A stretch of 64,000 nt of DNA from Flavobacteriaceae bacterium (GTDB taxonomy: Bacteria; Bacteroidota; Bacteroidia; Flavobacteriales; Flavobacteriaceae), in contig OZ245039.1 in the NCBI GenBank assembly GCA_965224095.1, positions 2,559,715 through 2,623,714 on the forward strand. The letters run 5' to 3'. The position numbers and the translations under genes are program-made. Numbering within the stretch: position 1 is the first letter of the stretch; the number at the start of each line of letters is the position of its first letter. This document shows positions 19,145 through 29,057 of this stretch, in pieces. The notes beneath the pieces were generated by a model. It worked only from the letters and a program-made list of their open reading frames with translations. It was not told the DNA's origin and made no database searches.

Positions 19145-20143
19145 ATGAGAATTTTTCTGTGTTTTTTATTCGTGATGGCTTTCGGATTGCAGGTATTTGC
19201 TCATCCCTCCTGGGGGATTGCTGTAGACAAAGACCGGAATATTTATTTTGCCGACCTGACACATAACGGGAACGGAACGGTTTGGAAACTCACACCTCAG
19301 GGAAAATTAATAGCGTTATTTAAAGATTTTCACTGCCATAAACTCATGCTGGACAAAGACCAAAACCTCCTGGCCGAATATGTGGGTAAGGGAGACAGAG
19401 AGATGTTTTTAATACGGGCGTATCCCGATGGGAAAATAGATACTTTAGTCCGAACCACAAGTCGAAAAGAGTTTTCTACCAGTTGCGACGTGGCATTAAA
19501 CGGAACTATTTATTTCAGTACAGATTATGTATGGAGTCGCGATCCATTTGGCAGGGTGCGTAAACACAGCAATCATAAGTTATACCAGACACAAACACTC
19601 TATGTAGACGAACTGGAAAACGTTTATGTGCCTGATAAAGGAGTAGATAATGGAGTTGTTATAAAATTTGACCGGAAAGGAAGGGTGCGTATTATGGCTA
19701 CCGATCTTATTTCAAAACTAAAACGACCGAAAGATCCTCACAATGATGTGTTATTAGGAATAACAAAAGGCTGCGACGGGAATATGTATGTCGCGGAAAA
19801 TGCGGGACAGCGAATTATCAAAATTCTTGATAACCAACAAACCGAAACCTTTTACAAATCGGAAGATCAATGGTACCCAACGGGAATAGATTTTTTTGCC
19901 GGAGATGCCTATATACTGGAATATAATGCCGGAGGTGAGACTGAGGGCCCCAGAATTACAAAAATTGATGAATTTGGAAATCAATCGGTGCTCTTTCATT
20001 ACGGGTATTATAAAAAAACGATTTTATCGGGTGGGCAGAAAAAGACCGGAAAAAAAGGAGGATTTTGGATCTATATGCTCATTCCCTTAGTCGGCATGGC
20101 GCTGATGTGGAATTTTATTAGAAGGAAGTATTTTTTCAGGTAA
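19145..20143 (+). CDS. Secreted beta-propeller-like protein with C-terminal TM anchor
   Basis: Signal peptide MRIFLCFLFVMAFGLQVFA. Repeated strand-rich blocks (NIYFAD, TIYFST, NMYVAE). C-terminal helix WIYMLIPLVGMALMW. Confidence 0.6.
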   Translation: MRIFLCFLFVMAFGLQVFAHPSWGIAVDKDRNIYFADLTHNGNGTVWKLTPQGKLIALFKDFHCHKLMLDKDQNLLAEYVGKGDREMFLIRAYPDGKIDTLVRTTSRKEFSTSCDVALNGTIYFSTDYVWSRDPFGRVRKHSNHKLYQTQTLYVDELENVYVPDKGVDNGVVIKFDRKGRVRIMATDLISKLKRPKDPHNDVLLGITKGCDGNMYVAENAGQRIIKILDNQQTETFYKSEDQWYPTGIDFFAGDAYILEYNAGGETEGPRITKIDEFGNQSVLFHYGYYKKTILSGGQKKTGKKGGFWIYMLIPLVGMALMWNFIRRKYFFR

Positions 20144-22910
20144 TTGTTTCTTCCGACTGGTTTTTTTGAAATTTTCTATAGATGAATACCTTATAAAATA
20201 AGAAGGCTCCGATTAAAATAAAAGGGATCAGGAAATAATACCAAAAGGGCGATTCATAAATGGGATTGTTATTTCCCGTTACAATAATAGCTCCCCAGTA
20301 ATAAGGAGAGAATTCACTGGTATTATTATTGGCTTCCAGGTATTTTAGCTTGGCACTTCTAAGGGCTTCGGATTTAGCTTTTCCCTTCTTTAGTTGTTTG
20401 TAAAATTCCGAAAGGATTTCGGTACTTGCCTTTTCATTTGTTTCCCAAAGTGTTGAAACCACACTTCGCGATCCTGAATTAATAAACCCACGGGTTAAAT
20501 TATAGATTCCTTCGCCTCTTTTGTGTTCCCCCAAAGAAGTTTTACAGGCACTCAGAACTACCATTTCTTTTATACTTTTTAGGAAATACAATTCGTCAAA
20601 CAGGAGTTTTTTATCGTAAAGAGCCAACCAGGGATTACCGTGATCTACACCTCCATGCGTTGAAATATGAATAATCTTATGAGAATCGTAGGCTTCCAAA
20701 AAATGTTGTTTGGTCGCCAGAGAATCAAATAACATATTGCTTTTAAAGTAAGGGGTTAAACTTGTTTGTTCGTACTCGGCATTAATGAGCGGAGGTAAAT
20801 AGGCATTTTTAAAATTGCCGAGTACAAAACCCGCAGACGCGTTGTCTTCATTTTTAAAACCAATATCATTTCCGGATTGTAATGGCAGAGATAAGGAATA
20901 ATTATATCGGATATCGGTTTGGTAAATTAAAAACTTTCTGTAACCAGATCGGGTTTTATCCGGGATAAGAACTTCAAAAGGCAAATATTGTAAAATGCCA
21001 TCCGGAATGATATTTATCTTTACCTGGCTATTTTTTTCTACCACTGAAAAAGGAACAATCATTTTGTAGATTGCCTGTGCCAGGTCTTCAAAGGCAAAAA
21101 CCTGCTTTTGATTAACAAAAGGCTGTTTGATTAACTGAAGACAGCTTAGAACATTTTTGTATAACAAGGAGATATTATCAATTTTTTTGAGCTGCACCGC
21201 ATCCCTTGAAATCAATAGTACATAACCTTCGGATTTCCCTAAAATATAACTGAGAATATACTCTTGCCGGTCCAAATTACGTCTGACATCATTTAATTCA
21301 ATAATACTCAACGCTTTTTTGTAGTTGTAATATTTGGGGTATTTTAGTTCAAGTGAATCAATAAATTTTTTATAGTTGTTTTTTTGAGCGAAAATTTCCT
21401 GTTTCACTTCATTAAGGTCTTGCCCCTCAGCTTTCTGTTCATAAGAAATCAGATCTTTCTCCAACAATTTTATATGTTTTAATAATTGCTGTTCCCTGTT
21501 TATGATATCAACAGGAATATTACCATACCTTCTGGCTTTGGCAGTGGTAATGCTCTCCAGTAAAAGTAACCCTTTGTTCTTCTCTATAAAATATAATGCG
21601 TTCTCGGGTTTGTCGAGTAAGTAGCATATTTTAACGGCGTTGGTATAAAGCTCAGACCCTTTGCGCCGCCAGTATAGTTTGGAGTGCTCTTCCCTGCTTT
21701 CAAAATATAGTTCATCTAATATATGATCGGCAAGTGTAACGAGCTGTTCGGCTTTGTGCAGGTCATCGTTGTTCACCGAATCCTTAAAGCGCTGCAAATG
21801 GCAGTTGGTAAGATCCATAACATATTCCAGAACAAATCTCTTATGAGGGGAAATGCTTATATCGTTTAGAGGGGGAAGATCACGGCTTCCAACAGGATCT
21901 GTAAGGTTTAGGATAGAGTATATAGCCTTATGATAGTACGCTATGGCTTTTTGGTACTCTTTTTTCATCAGAAAAAGATCTGCGCGGTTGTTTTGAATAT
22001 AGCTCTTGTAGTACGGGTCTTTTCCTGCGTATATAGCCGCCCGGTCAAAATATGCAGCCGCATCTTTAAAGCGTTTCATTTTAGTGTGTATGACCCCTAA
22101 TAAACTGAGGGACTTAATAATTCTGGTAGAATCGCCCATGAGTTTAAAAAGAGCGAGCGCTTCTTCGGTAGGTCTAAGTGCCTGACGGAAATTCCCGGTA
22201 GTATTATACATAGCTCCCGTATTGTACTGTAGTAGCGCATGCTGCTTGTCAGGAATGGTAAGACCATCTAATGCATAAATTTTTTTAACGGTTTCCAGAA
22301 ACGGATTCAGATAGGTGCTGTCGGCGGTATTTACATAGGTGGCAGCCGTATTGATGTAAGTCTTAATAAGCAGGTGATTTTTTTGGCTGGCCTGTAAAAT
22401 ACGTTCCGACTGTTCATAATTCTCCAAAGCACGTTGAAAATCACCTATATTATCAAAAAGATCTCCCCGTTCCCGGTAAACATTTCCCAAGCGCACTTCA
22501 TTCGGGTCTGAAATAGAAATGAGTGTATCAAAATACATAATTGCAGCTTCATAATCCGGATTGGAGAGTCGACTCGACATATATCCCAGGTTATACAGGT
22601 TTTTCTTTTCCGGATCTTTCTGAGTACCTGACGCACGGATTTCCCTTTCCTTTAAAGCGTAAAAAAACCCTTTGGCTTTAAGTTTTTTAGACCAGTTCCA
22701 TCGGGCATTTTTATAGTATAGCAAAGCAAGGGTATCTTTTGAAGCGGATACATTATTTTCAATAAAATGATCCAGTAATACAGATTTACGGCTATCGTCA
22801 ACAGGAAGAAGGAGCAGGGAATCATAGGAATTCATTATATTGGTTTGCGCACATAAGAAAAGTCCCTGAAGAACACTGACTATAGTAAAAAAGAGATGAA
22901 ACCTGCACAT
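20136..22910 (-). CDS. TPR-CHAT domain protease-like protein with C-terminal TM helix
   Basis: N-terminal signal, about 400 aa of TPR-like helices and a coiled region. CHAT caspase-like dyad context IIHISTHGG and VVLSACKTSLGE. C-terminal YYFLIPFILIGAFLFYKVFIY. Confidence 0.85.
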   Translation of the reverse strand: MCRFHLFFTIVSVLQGLFLCAQTNIMNSYDSLLLLPVDDSRKSVLLDHFIENNVSASKDTLALLYYKNARWNWSKKLKAKGFFYALKEREIRASGTQKDPEKKNLYNLGYMSSRLSNPDYEAAIMYFDTLISISDPNEVRLGNVYRERGDLFDNIGDFQRALENYEQSERILQASQKNHLLIKTYINTAATYVNTADSTYLNPFLETVKKIYALDGLTIPDKQHALLQYNTGAMYNTTGNFRQALRPTEEALALFKLMGDSTRIIKSLSLLGVIHTKMKRFKDAAAYFDRAAIYAGKDPYYKSYIQNNRADLFLMKKEYQKAIAYYHKAIYSILNLTDPVGSRDLPPLNDISISPHKRFVLEYVMDLTNCHLQRFKDSVNNDDLHKAEQLVTLADHILDELYFESREEHSKLYWRRKGSELYTNAVKICYLLDKPENALYFIEKNKGLLLLESITTAKARRYGNIPVDIINREQQLLKHIKLLEKDLISYEQKAEGQDLNEVKQEIFAQKNNYKKFIDSLELKYPKYYNYKKALSIIELNDVRRNLDRQEYILSYILGKSEGYVLLISRDAVQLKKIDNISLLYKNVLSCLQLIKQPFVNQKQVFAFEDLAQAIYKMIVPFSVVEKNSQVKINIIPDGILQYLPFEVLIPDKTRSGYRKFLIYQTDIRYNYSLSLPLQSGNDIGFKNEDNASAGFVLGNFKNAYLPPLINAEYEQTSLTPYFKSNMLFDSLATKQHFLEAYDSHKIIHISTHGGVDHGNPWLALYDKKLLFDELYFLKSIKEMVVLSACKTSLGEHKRGEGIYNLTRGFINSGSRSVVSTLWETNEKASTEILSEFYKQLKKGKAKSEALRSAKLKYLEANNNTSEFSPYYWGAIIVTGNNNPIYESPFWYYFLIPFILIGAFLFYKVFIYRKFQKNQSEETIT

Positions 22911-22944
22911 ACTTCTGATATTACCCTACAAAAATACTGAATTT

Positions 22945-22974
22945 AAAGGGAGGAATTTTCAAGCTCCTCCCTTT
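22945..22974 (-). terminator. Hairpin between the S8 peptidase and CHAT genes
   Basis: aaagggagga-N10-tcctcccttt 10-bp stem; followed on the minus strand by an A/T-rich tract. Confidence 0.5.
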
Positions 22975-23022
22975 GAGTCTAAATAATCAGTATGATACCT
23001 AAACCTAATTATCTAAACTAAA

Positions 23023-24276
23023 CTAATCGTCTATATAGGACTGATACTTTATACCATCGAGATTGGGATGTTCAACGGTATTGGAGATTATTTTTTCAAT
23101 ATGGTCAGACACCGATATACCCGGCGAATAATGTTCTCCGGCAAAGGCACTTGCAAAAGCACAGGAAAAAGAGGTTCCCGAAAAAGTTACATAATCATTG
23201 GGTGTTATATAAAAAGGGATGTCTTCTCCGGGTGCTGCAATATCAACGGTATTGGGCCCGTAATTGGAAAACCAGGCGAGGTCAATATTAAGCGGATCAT
23301 TGTTAATAGCAGCAATAGAAAGTATATTAGCAGACGAATGAGAAGAGGGATAATGTAAATGCTGATCCGTATTCAGGTGTTTATTCCCGGCCGATGACGT
23401 GATGAGAATATCGTTTTCCAATTCCGAAATAGATTGCTCCAGGAGTGTAAGCTTTTGAGCATACCAACCGAAACTCATATTTATGATATCTACATCCGTA
23501 TTTTTTGCCGCATACTTAAACCCGCACAGAATATCAAAATAGCTTCCATTTCCATGTTGATCGAAAACTTTTACGGGGAGGATTTGAAAATCCACATTTT
23601 TTTCTCTTAACGCTTCATAAATAATGCTGCTTACCACGGTACCATGTCCGTAGTCGTCAAAAGGGTTGTTGTCGCCATTTACAAAATCCCATCCATAATA
23701 ATCAACCAAACCCTGATCGGAGTATGGATCCGGACCTTGCTTTACGTTGTACAAAAAGGGGCTTTGAAAACCAAAATAATTGTAATCCACCCCGGTATCC
23801 AGAATAGCAATGGTAAGGTCTGTGTTTTTAGGGACTATTTTTTCTAGGGCAACAGTATTGTTCTCAAAACCGAAACTATTAGCCGGTTTTTGTCCCAGAT
23901 GCTTGATAATCGGATTAAAATCTACCCCTTCAAGCCCGGAATCGTCTTTTGCTCCTACAACGATTTCTTCGATACTACCCCCGGGAATATTTCCCTGACT
24001 GTCTTTTTCAAAGATCCATAATTCGATAGTAGGGTCTGCACAGGGACATTTTTTAAACGATGACACCTGATAGCTATTCCGGATAGTCTGCTTTTGAAAT
24101 TCGGAAGTACCCGCGTTGTATTTAACAATCATTTCATTCGACGGATAGGTGGTGGTTGTAGCTCTGTTAACCGAAGGACTAATGTTATAAGCTTCGGGAA
24201 GATTGTAGATTTCCTGCTTTTCGCAGCTGCTAAAAATAACCAGCGATACAGAGAGTATAAAAAATAGTTTTTTCAT
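23023..24276 (-). CDS. S8-family (subtilisin-like) serine peptidase lipoprotein
   Basis: Catalytic triad blocks AILDTGVD, HGTVVSS and GTSFSCA. Lipobox VIFSSC. Confidence 0.9.
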   Translation of the reverse strand: MKKLFFILSVSLVIFSSCEKQEIYNLPEAYNISPSVNRATTTTYPSNEMIVKYNAGTSEFQKQTIRNSYQVSSFKKCPCADPTIELWIFEKDSQGNIPGGSIEEIVVGAKDDSGLEGVDFNPIIKHLGQKPANSFGFENNTVALEKIVPKNTDLTIAILDTGVDYNYFGFQSPFLYNVKQGPDPYSDQGLVDYYGWDFVNGDNNPFDDYGHGTVVSSIIYEALREKNVDFQILPVKVFDQHGNGSYFDILCGFKYAAKNTDVDIINMSFGWYAQKLTLLEQSISELENDILITSSAGNKHLNTDQHLHYPSSHSSANILSIAAINNDPLNIDLAWFSNYGPNTVDIAAPGEDIPFYITPNDYVTFSGTSFSCAFASAFAGEHYSPGISVSDHIEKIISNTVEHPNLDGIKYQSYIDD

Positions 24277-24342
24277 TGTAATTAGGTTTAGGATTTTTTA
24301 ATCAAGGCCCAGGGTATAACCCCCAGGCCTTTCTTAATTTAA

Positions 24343-26769
24343 TTATTCAATTATGACTTTGGTTTTAATAGTTTCTGTTTCCGATTTAAATGTTACAATG
24401 TAAATACCCTGAGATAGTTTTCCAGAAGCATTCCAGTTTATACTTTTTTGAACGTCTTCGGTAAGTTGTTCTTCAAAGCTATGCACCAGTTTTCCATAAA
24501 AATCATGCACTTCAATCTTAACAGTGGTATCCTTAGACGCCTTTAATGTAAATTGCATGGAACCGTTGTTGGGATTTGGTGATACCAGTGCCTTTTTAAA
24601 TATTTCATTCTCAAATAGTTTTACAGGAGAAAAGCAAGCCTGTGATGGACTAGAAATAGTACCATCTTTACAAATTGCCTGCACCTGCCATACAAAACAA
24701 TCATCGTGAAGACTGGTTGGCACTTCATAATTATTGGTTAAAACAGTTTGTGGAGCCAAGGAAACTGTAGAAGTACACTTGCATGCTACTTGTGGTTCGT
24801 TCCCCGCCGGGCTACTTATAATGTATTCAACAGCCCCTGGGACTGGATCCCAGGTTAAGGTTGTGCCAATTACCTGGAGGTTTTGAGGGCTTCCTATTTC
24901 ACAGGGAGGATCTATTTCATCTAAAATGGAACAGTCTACAGGGCCACAGATATCACAAGATCCTTTTAATGCTTCCGGACAGTTTCTGCAAATACTTTCA
25001 ATATAACACACCTCCCCGCAATCTGTTATTACTTTGTGAAGTAAGAAATAATAAAGTCCGTCTTCTATAGGGCCATGGGTATAATCTAACCCCGTTTGAG
25101 AGTTCACAAAAGTGTAGGGACCCCCTGAAGCATTGGGACTGGAGTACAAATGCCATTCATGAACTGCAGAAGGATTGTTGGAATAATCGTATAGTACGGA
25201 AGTGATAATATTACCCGTTACCGGATCAAGCCCTATACCGAACTCCGCTGTAAATTCCATAGGCTCTCCTGGGCCATTTGGCCAGTAATCAAATACTATA
25301 CAGCAATCTACTTCTTGTCCTGAAGGGATTGTTACGGATAAAGCTTTAAACCCTCCTTGATATTGTACTCTTGCAAAACATAATTCACCACAATCAGGTG
25401 TTACTACTTTGTGAACTACAGTATAGTACAAACCATATTGTGCATTGTCATAAATAATTTCCGGACCTTCTCCGGTTGTAACAGTACTGTATACGGGAGT
25501 ATATGGACCACCGGATTGATTTGGACTGGATAATACATACCACTCATGAGTAGCATTGATAAAATCATAAGACTCATAATTTTTGGCAATTAAAGAGTAA
25601 TTATCATTATCAGGATCTACCCCAAGCAAAAAGCTGGCATCTGTAAACTCATCACAGCAATCTACAATGGTAAAATGCTGTATCAATTCTACCCATCCGC
25701 ATTCCGGATCATTTATAGCTAGTTTTACTCCATAGGTAACCCCTACTTCAAACGTTACCGGATGCTCGGGATCGTTTTCAAATAATTCGGTAATATTTAC
25801 TAAATCTGGAGACCCCTGAGTCCAACCTGCGCCGGAAATCCAGTTATAGTTTCCAGAGTCATAAATCCACAGATCCATAAAATAGCTTCCGGTATCGGTA
25901 GTAGCACTACCATTGAGATAAACATCTTCATTAATACAAAATTCCATTTGTTCTACTCCATCTTCATTCTCAAAATGATAGGCAACTTCTGCCATCGAGG
26001 AAAAAGACCCTTGCTCAATAAAAACTCCTGAATCATATGCACCATCTCCGATATCGGCTATAGCTAATGTTATGGTATAGGTTTGTCCCGGAGTTAAACC
26101 AGAAGCCTGGGCTTGTAAGGAAGTAGTACGACCATCGTATTGAATGTTATTGCCGTTACAATTATCCACAAAGAGTAAAGGGTTTGTAGCACCGGTTCCA
26201 TTAGAAGTACAATTGTTACTAAAGCCATTATTTACGGTATTGATGGCAACCGGAGTAGTACCACCGGGAATAACGGCAATGTTTTGGTTCCCTTGAATAC
26301 CGGGACCAGATATAAAAAAACCGAAAACATCATTAAAATTGCTATTTACATACTCGTGATATTCTTCGGAGGCAAAAACATAATCAAAACTTATGGCACA
26401 TCCATCAGGGATAATATCAAAAGTAACAACACAGGCATCCTGAGTAGTACCCTGACCAAGGTTGTCCAAAAGGGCAGAACCTCCCGTATTATTGTTGGTT
26501 GATGAATTATCAACATTATTGGGACCCACGGCATTGGTTATTTGACCTGAAGTTAGAAGAACTCCCTGTGTAATTCCAAAGTTACCGTTTGTAAATTGAC
26601 CATACGACCCGGCCGCGCCGTTGACAGTTACATTGTTGATTGTAACACCTTGCCCACCTAGGGTTTGAATTAAATTAGTGTCATTTAAATTGGTGTTTAC
26701 ATTTATTTGTCCATACCCTAAAAAAGATATTGACAAACACGTTATTACTGATAAATAAAAAGTTTTCAT
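24343..26769 (-). CDS. Choice-of-anchor-L-like secreted protein with internal repeats and T9SS sorting domain
   Basis: N-terminal GVLLTSG...DACV..FDIIP...YVFASEEY block. Two HEW(Y/H)..SSPN.SGGPYT modules. C-terminal SPNPNNG...GIYIVTF tail. ATG at 26769 gives the signal peptide (the ORF track starts at 26781). Confidence 0.8.
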   Translation of the reverse strand: MKTFYLSVITCLSISFLGYGQINVNTNLNDTNLIQTLGGQGVTINNVTVNGAAGSYGQFTNGNFGITQGVLLTSGQITNAVGPNNVDNSSTNNNTGGSALLDNLGQGTTQDACVVTFDIIPDGCAISFDYVFASEEYHEYVNSNFNDVFGFFISGPGIQGNQNIAVIPGGTTPVAINTVNNGFSNNCTSNGTGATNPLLFVDNCNGNNIQYDGRTTSLQAQASGLTPGQTYTITLAIADIGDGAYDSGVFIEQGSFSSMAEVAYHFENEDGVEQMEFCINEDVYLNGSATTDTGSYFMDLWIYDSGNYNWISGAGWTQGSPDLVNITELFENDPEHPVTFEVGVTYGVKLAINDPECGWVELIQHFTIVDCCDEFTDASFLLGVDPDNDNYSLIAKNYESYDFINATHEWYVLSSPNQSGGPYTPVYSTVTTGEGPEIIYDNAQYGLYYTVVHKVVTPDCGELCFARVQYQGGFKALSVTIPSGQEVDCCIVFDYWPNGPGEPMEFTAEFGIGLDPVTGNIITSVLYDYSNNPSAVHEWHLYSSPNASGGPYTFVNSQTGLDYTHGPIEDGLYYFLLHKVITDCGEVCYIESICRNCPEALKGSCDICGPVDCSILDEIDPPCEIGSPQNLQVIGTTLTWDPVPGAVEYIISSPAGNEPQVACKCTSTVSLAPQTVLTNNYEVPTSLHDDCFVWQVQAICKDGTISSPSQACFSPVKLFENEIFKKALVSPNPNNGSMQFTLKASKDTTVKIEVHDFYGKLVHSFEEQLTEDVQKSINWNASGKLSQGIYIVTFKSETETIKTKVIIE

Positions 26770-26777
26770 ATCGATGA

Positions 26778-27161
26778 TCATTTTAATCGGTTAAATCTGT
26801 ATCGCATTCTTCTGGATATCTGATCAAAATGATCATTGACATTACTAATAGACCACTTTCTAGCGCTAAGCTTTTCCAGATCTAGGGTAAGAGTAATCTC
26901 TTTTGAATTAAAGTCTCCGATTAAATGATGAAAATCTAACGAGAAAGCCTTGCAAAACTCATTCAATGCTTGTTCCGATTGAAATGCCAAATGCGAGATG
27001 TTGAGGGTATAATTACCTCTTATTTCCTGTCCTTCATTTAATACAATCCTTAGTTGATCGTCAATAGTAATAGTATCTACACCGGATTCCGTTTTTTGCG
27101 CAAAACCAATTGCGAAAAAAGAAACCAGGGAGAAAATCAAAAAGAGTTTTCTTTTTTTCAT
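26778..27161 (-). CDS. Small secreted hypothetical protein, tightly coupled to the downstream cargo gene
   Basis: Signal peptide MKKRKLFLIFSLVSFFAIGFAQ. The stop overlaps or abuts the next start. Confidence 0.6.
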   Translation of the reverse strand: MKKRKLFLIFSLVSFFAIGFAQKTESGVDTITIDDQLRIVLNEGQEIRGNYTLNISHLAFQSEQALNEFCKAFSLDFHHLIGDFNSKEITLTLDLEKLSARKWSISNVNDHFDQISRRMRYRFNRLK

Positions 27162-27315
27162 AATCTCTTAGTTTTTAGTTAGTTTCTTACTCTGTTTCAG
27201 GCTTTTCAGATTCCGCCTCATAAATATGTTCTCAATTATATGAGGGAAAACAGACATTTTGTTACCCAATTTTTTTCAAGTATTTTGGTAAACCTTATTT
27301 AAGGCGTAGGATTTT

Positions 27316-27870
27316 ATGGATAAGCATACCGATTATACCAACGCATTTTTAAACGGTGATAGTACCGTTTTGCAGGACCTGTATTCAAAATGCTATCCGG
27401 AAATCGAACGTTATATCGTAAAACATCAGGGTGGGAAACCGGAAGCGGAAGATATTTTTCAGAATGCTTTGGTGCTTCTCTACGTAAAGCTGAAAAAAGA
27501 AAAACTACAGATACAATCTTTTGAAAAGTATTTGTTTACCATCTGTAAAAACATGTGGCGAAGGAAAGCCAAATTAAAAAAAAGGGTAACAAATACCGAT
27601 GTAATACCTCTTATTGATGAGAGTAATGAGTTGGCCTCCTTTTATCAGGAACAGAAACAATGGGATTTATTTCAGGAAAAATTTAAAGAACTATCCGATC
27701 CCTGTAAAAAAATTCTGGAAATGATTTTTAAAAAGGAAACATACGAGGAAATCGTTACCTATTTCGGGTATGCCAGCCATACGGTGGCCAGGCAGCGTGT
27801 TTTTAAATGCAAATCAAGACTCATACAGCTTATTAAAAAAGATAAAAGGTATCAACAACTTAAAAAATAA
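27316..27870 (+). CDS. Sigma-70-family (ECF-like) sigma factor
   Basis: Region 2-like EDIFQNALVLLY and a C-terminal HTH (YEEIVTYFGYASHTVARQRVFKCKSRL). Confidence 0.7.
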   Translation: MDKHTDYTNAFLNGDSTVLQDLYSKCYPEIERYIVKHQGGKPEAEDIFQNALVLLYVKLKKEKLQIQSFEKYLFTICKNMWRRKAKLKKRVTNTDVIPLIDESNELASFYQEQKQWDLFQEKFKELSDPCKKILEMIFKKETYEEIVTYFGYASHTVARQRVFKCKSRLIQLIKKDKRYQQLKK

Positions 27871-27873
27871 GCC

Positions 27874-28680
27874 ATGGAAATGGATAATGATATATTAGAA
27901 CAGCTACGGCGTTATTTGCAGGGAGAGATGAATGCCGGAGAACGGAGCGATTTCAAAAAATTACTCGCCGGTTCCGAGGAGATGCAGGACTTCGTAAAAT
28001 CGTATCGGCAAATGGAAGCGTTTGCTACCGAAACAGATTGGAATTTGCTGGAAGACAGATCTGATAGCAATACGGAAGCCCATTGGTTTAGAGCGCATGA
28101 CACCCAGCTGTTTAAGGAGAAAGTGGCACAGTTTCGGAATAGGGAGCAACTCAGGCATAAAGTGCAACCCAATCTTTTGCGCAAAGTGGTGTGGTTAACA
28201 GCTGTGGCAGCGGTATTAGCGGTATTGTTCTATGTGCTGATACCTCAAAAAACGCATGTACGCGATTTTTATGTGCAATACAGTAACTGGAACGAACTGC
28301 CTTCTTTGTCGGTGAAAGGCCAGGAAGACCAGGATGAAAGAAGGCAATTGGAATTTTTATTCGATGCCGGCAACTATGAAAAAGTTATAGAAGTAAGCAA
28401 TAAATTACAGGAGCAATTAACCGAAACAGATCCCAATGTGTTACTGTACAAGGGAGTGGCACAGCTGGAACAGAATAAGTATCAAGAGGCGCTTCATACT
28501 TTTGATGTTCTGGAACAAAGCAATACCCTGGATGCACATAAGGCACTATGGTATAAAGCCCTGGTGTATATGAAACAGGGCAATAAAGAAGCAACCGTAA
28601 AAAGCCTGGAAAAAGTGCTGGCCAGCAAAACCAATTACCGCTATACGGATGCTAAATCAATTCTGGACCGTATTCGCTGA
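27874..28680 (+). CDS. Anti-sigma-like single-pass membrane protein with C-terminal TPR
   Basis: 4-nt spacer after the sigma gene. N-terminal LRRYLQGEM motif, TM helix VVWLTAVAAVLAVLFYVLI, then TPR-like helices. Confidence 0.65.
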   Translation: MEMDNDILEQLRRYLQGEMNAGERSDFKKLLAGSEEMQDFVKSYRQMEAFATETDWNLLEDRSDSNTEAHWFRAHDTQLFKEKVAQFRNREQLRHKVQPNLLRKVVWLTAVAAVLAVLFYVLIPQKTHVRDFYVQYSNWNELPSLSVKGQEDQDERRQLEFLFDAGNYEKVIEVSNKLQEQLTETDPNVLLYKGVAQLEQNKYQEALHTFDVLEQSNTLDAHKALWYKALVYMKQGNKEATVKSLEKVLASKTNYRYTDAKSILDRIR

Positions 28681-28688
28681 TCCATTCA

Positions 28689-28826
28689 CTATTTTCTTCT
28701 AAATCTTCTTATAATTATGATAATAATTATGATGATGATAATTATAACTATAATTACAATTAAAGAAGAAACAGCCGATTTTAAAATAGCCCACAAAAAA
28801 CTTAAGATATTTAATGCTGGTAACAT
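28689..28826 (-). CDS. Possible 45-aa hydrophobic micro-protein (poly-Ile helix with basic tail)
   Basis: Hand translation gives MLPALNILSFLWAILKSAVSSLIVIIVIIIIIIIIIIIIRRFRRK*. It is below the ORF-track length cutoff and could be chance in an A/T-rich spacer. Confidence 0.3.
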   Translation of the reverse strand: MLPALNILSFLWAILKSAVSSLIVIIVIIIIIIIIIIIIRRFRRK

Positions 28827-29057
28827 AATTGACGGATTATGGTTAATAACTAATTAAAGAAAAGGAAAATAACAAATGAAGAACAGAGGCAGAACACCCT
28901 TTTTTAAAAGGGGAAAACCTCATATTTTTTTTGGTAATATCATTTTTAATTGGTCATCAAATCGGAATTTACTACCTTGACCTTCCGTTTTTAAGACAGC
29001 TCCTGATACGCCTTCTTTTTCAGGATGTCTCCATATCTAATTTGAAATATATACTAT

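Noticed and set aside
28880-29057. Possible THF or other riboswitch in the fhs leader.
   Set aside because: I could not recognise any conserved riboswitch core by eye. Only a short palindrome (cccttttttaaaagggg) is present. A covariance-model scan (Rfam/Infernal) would be needed.
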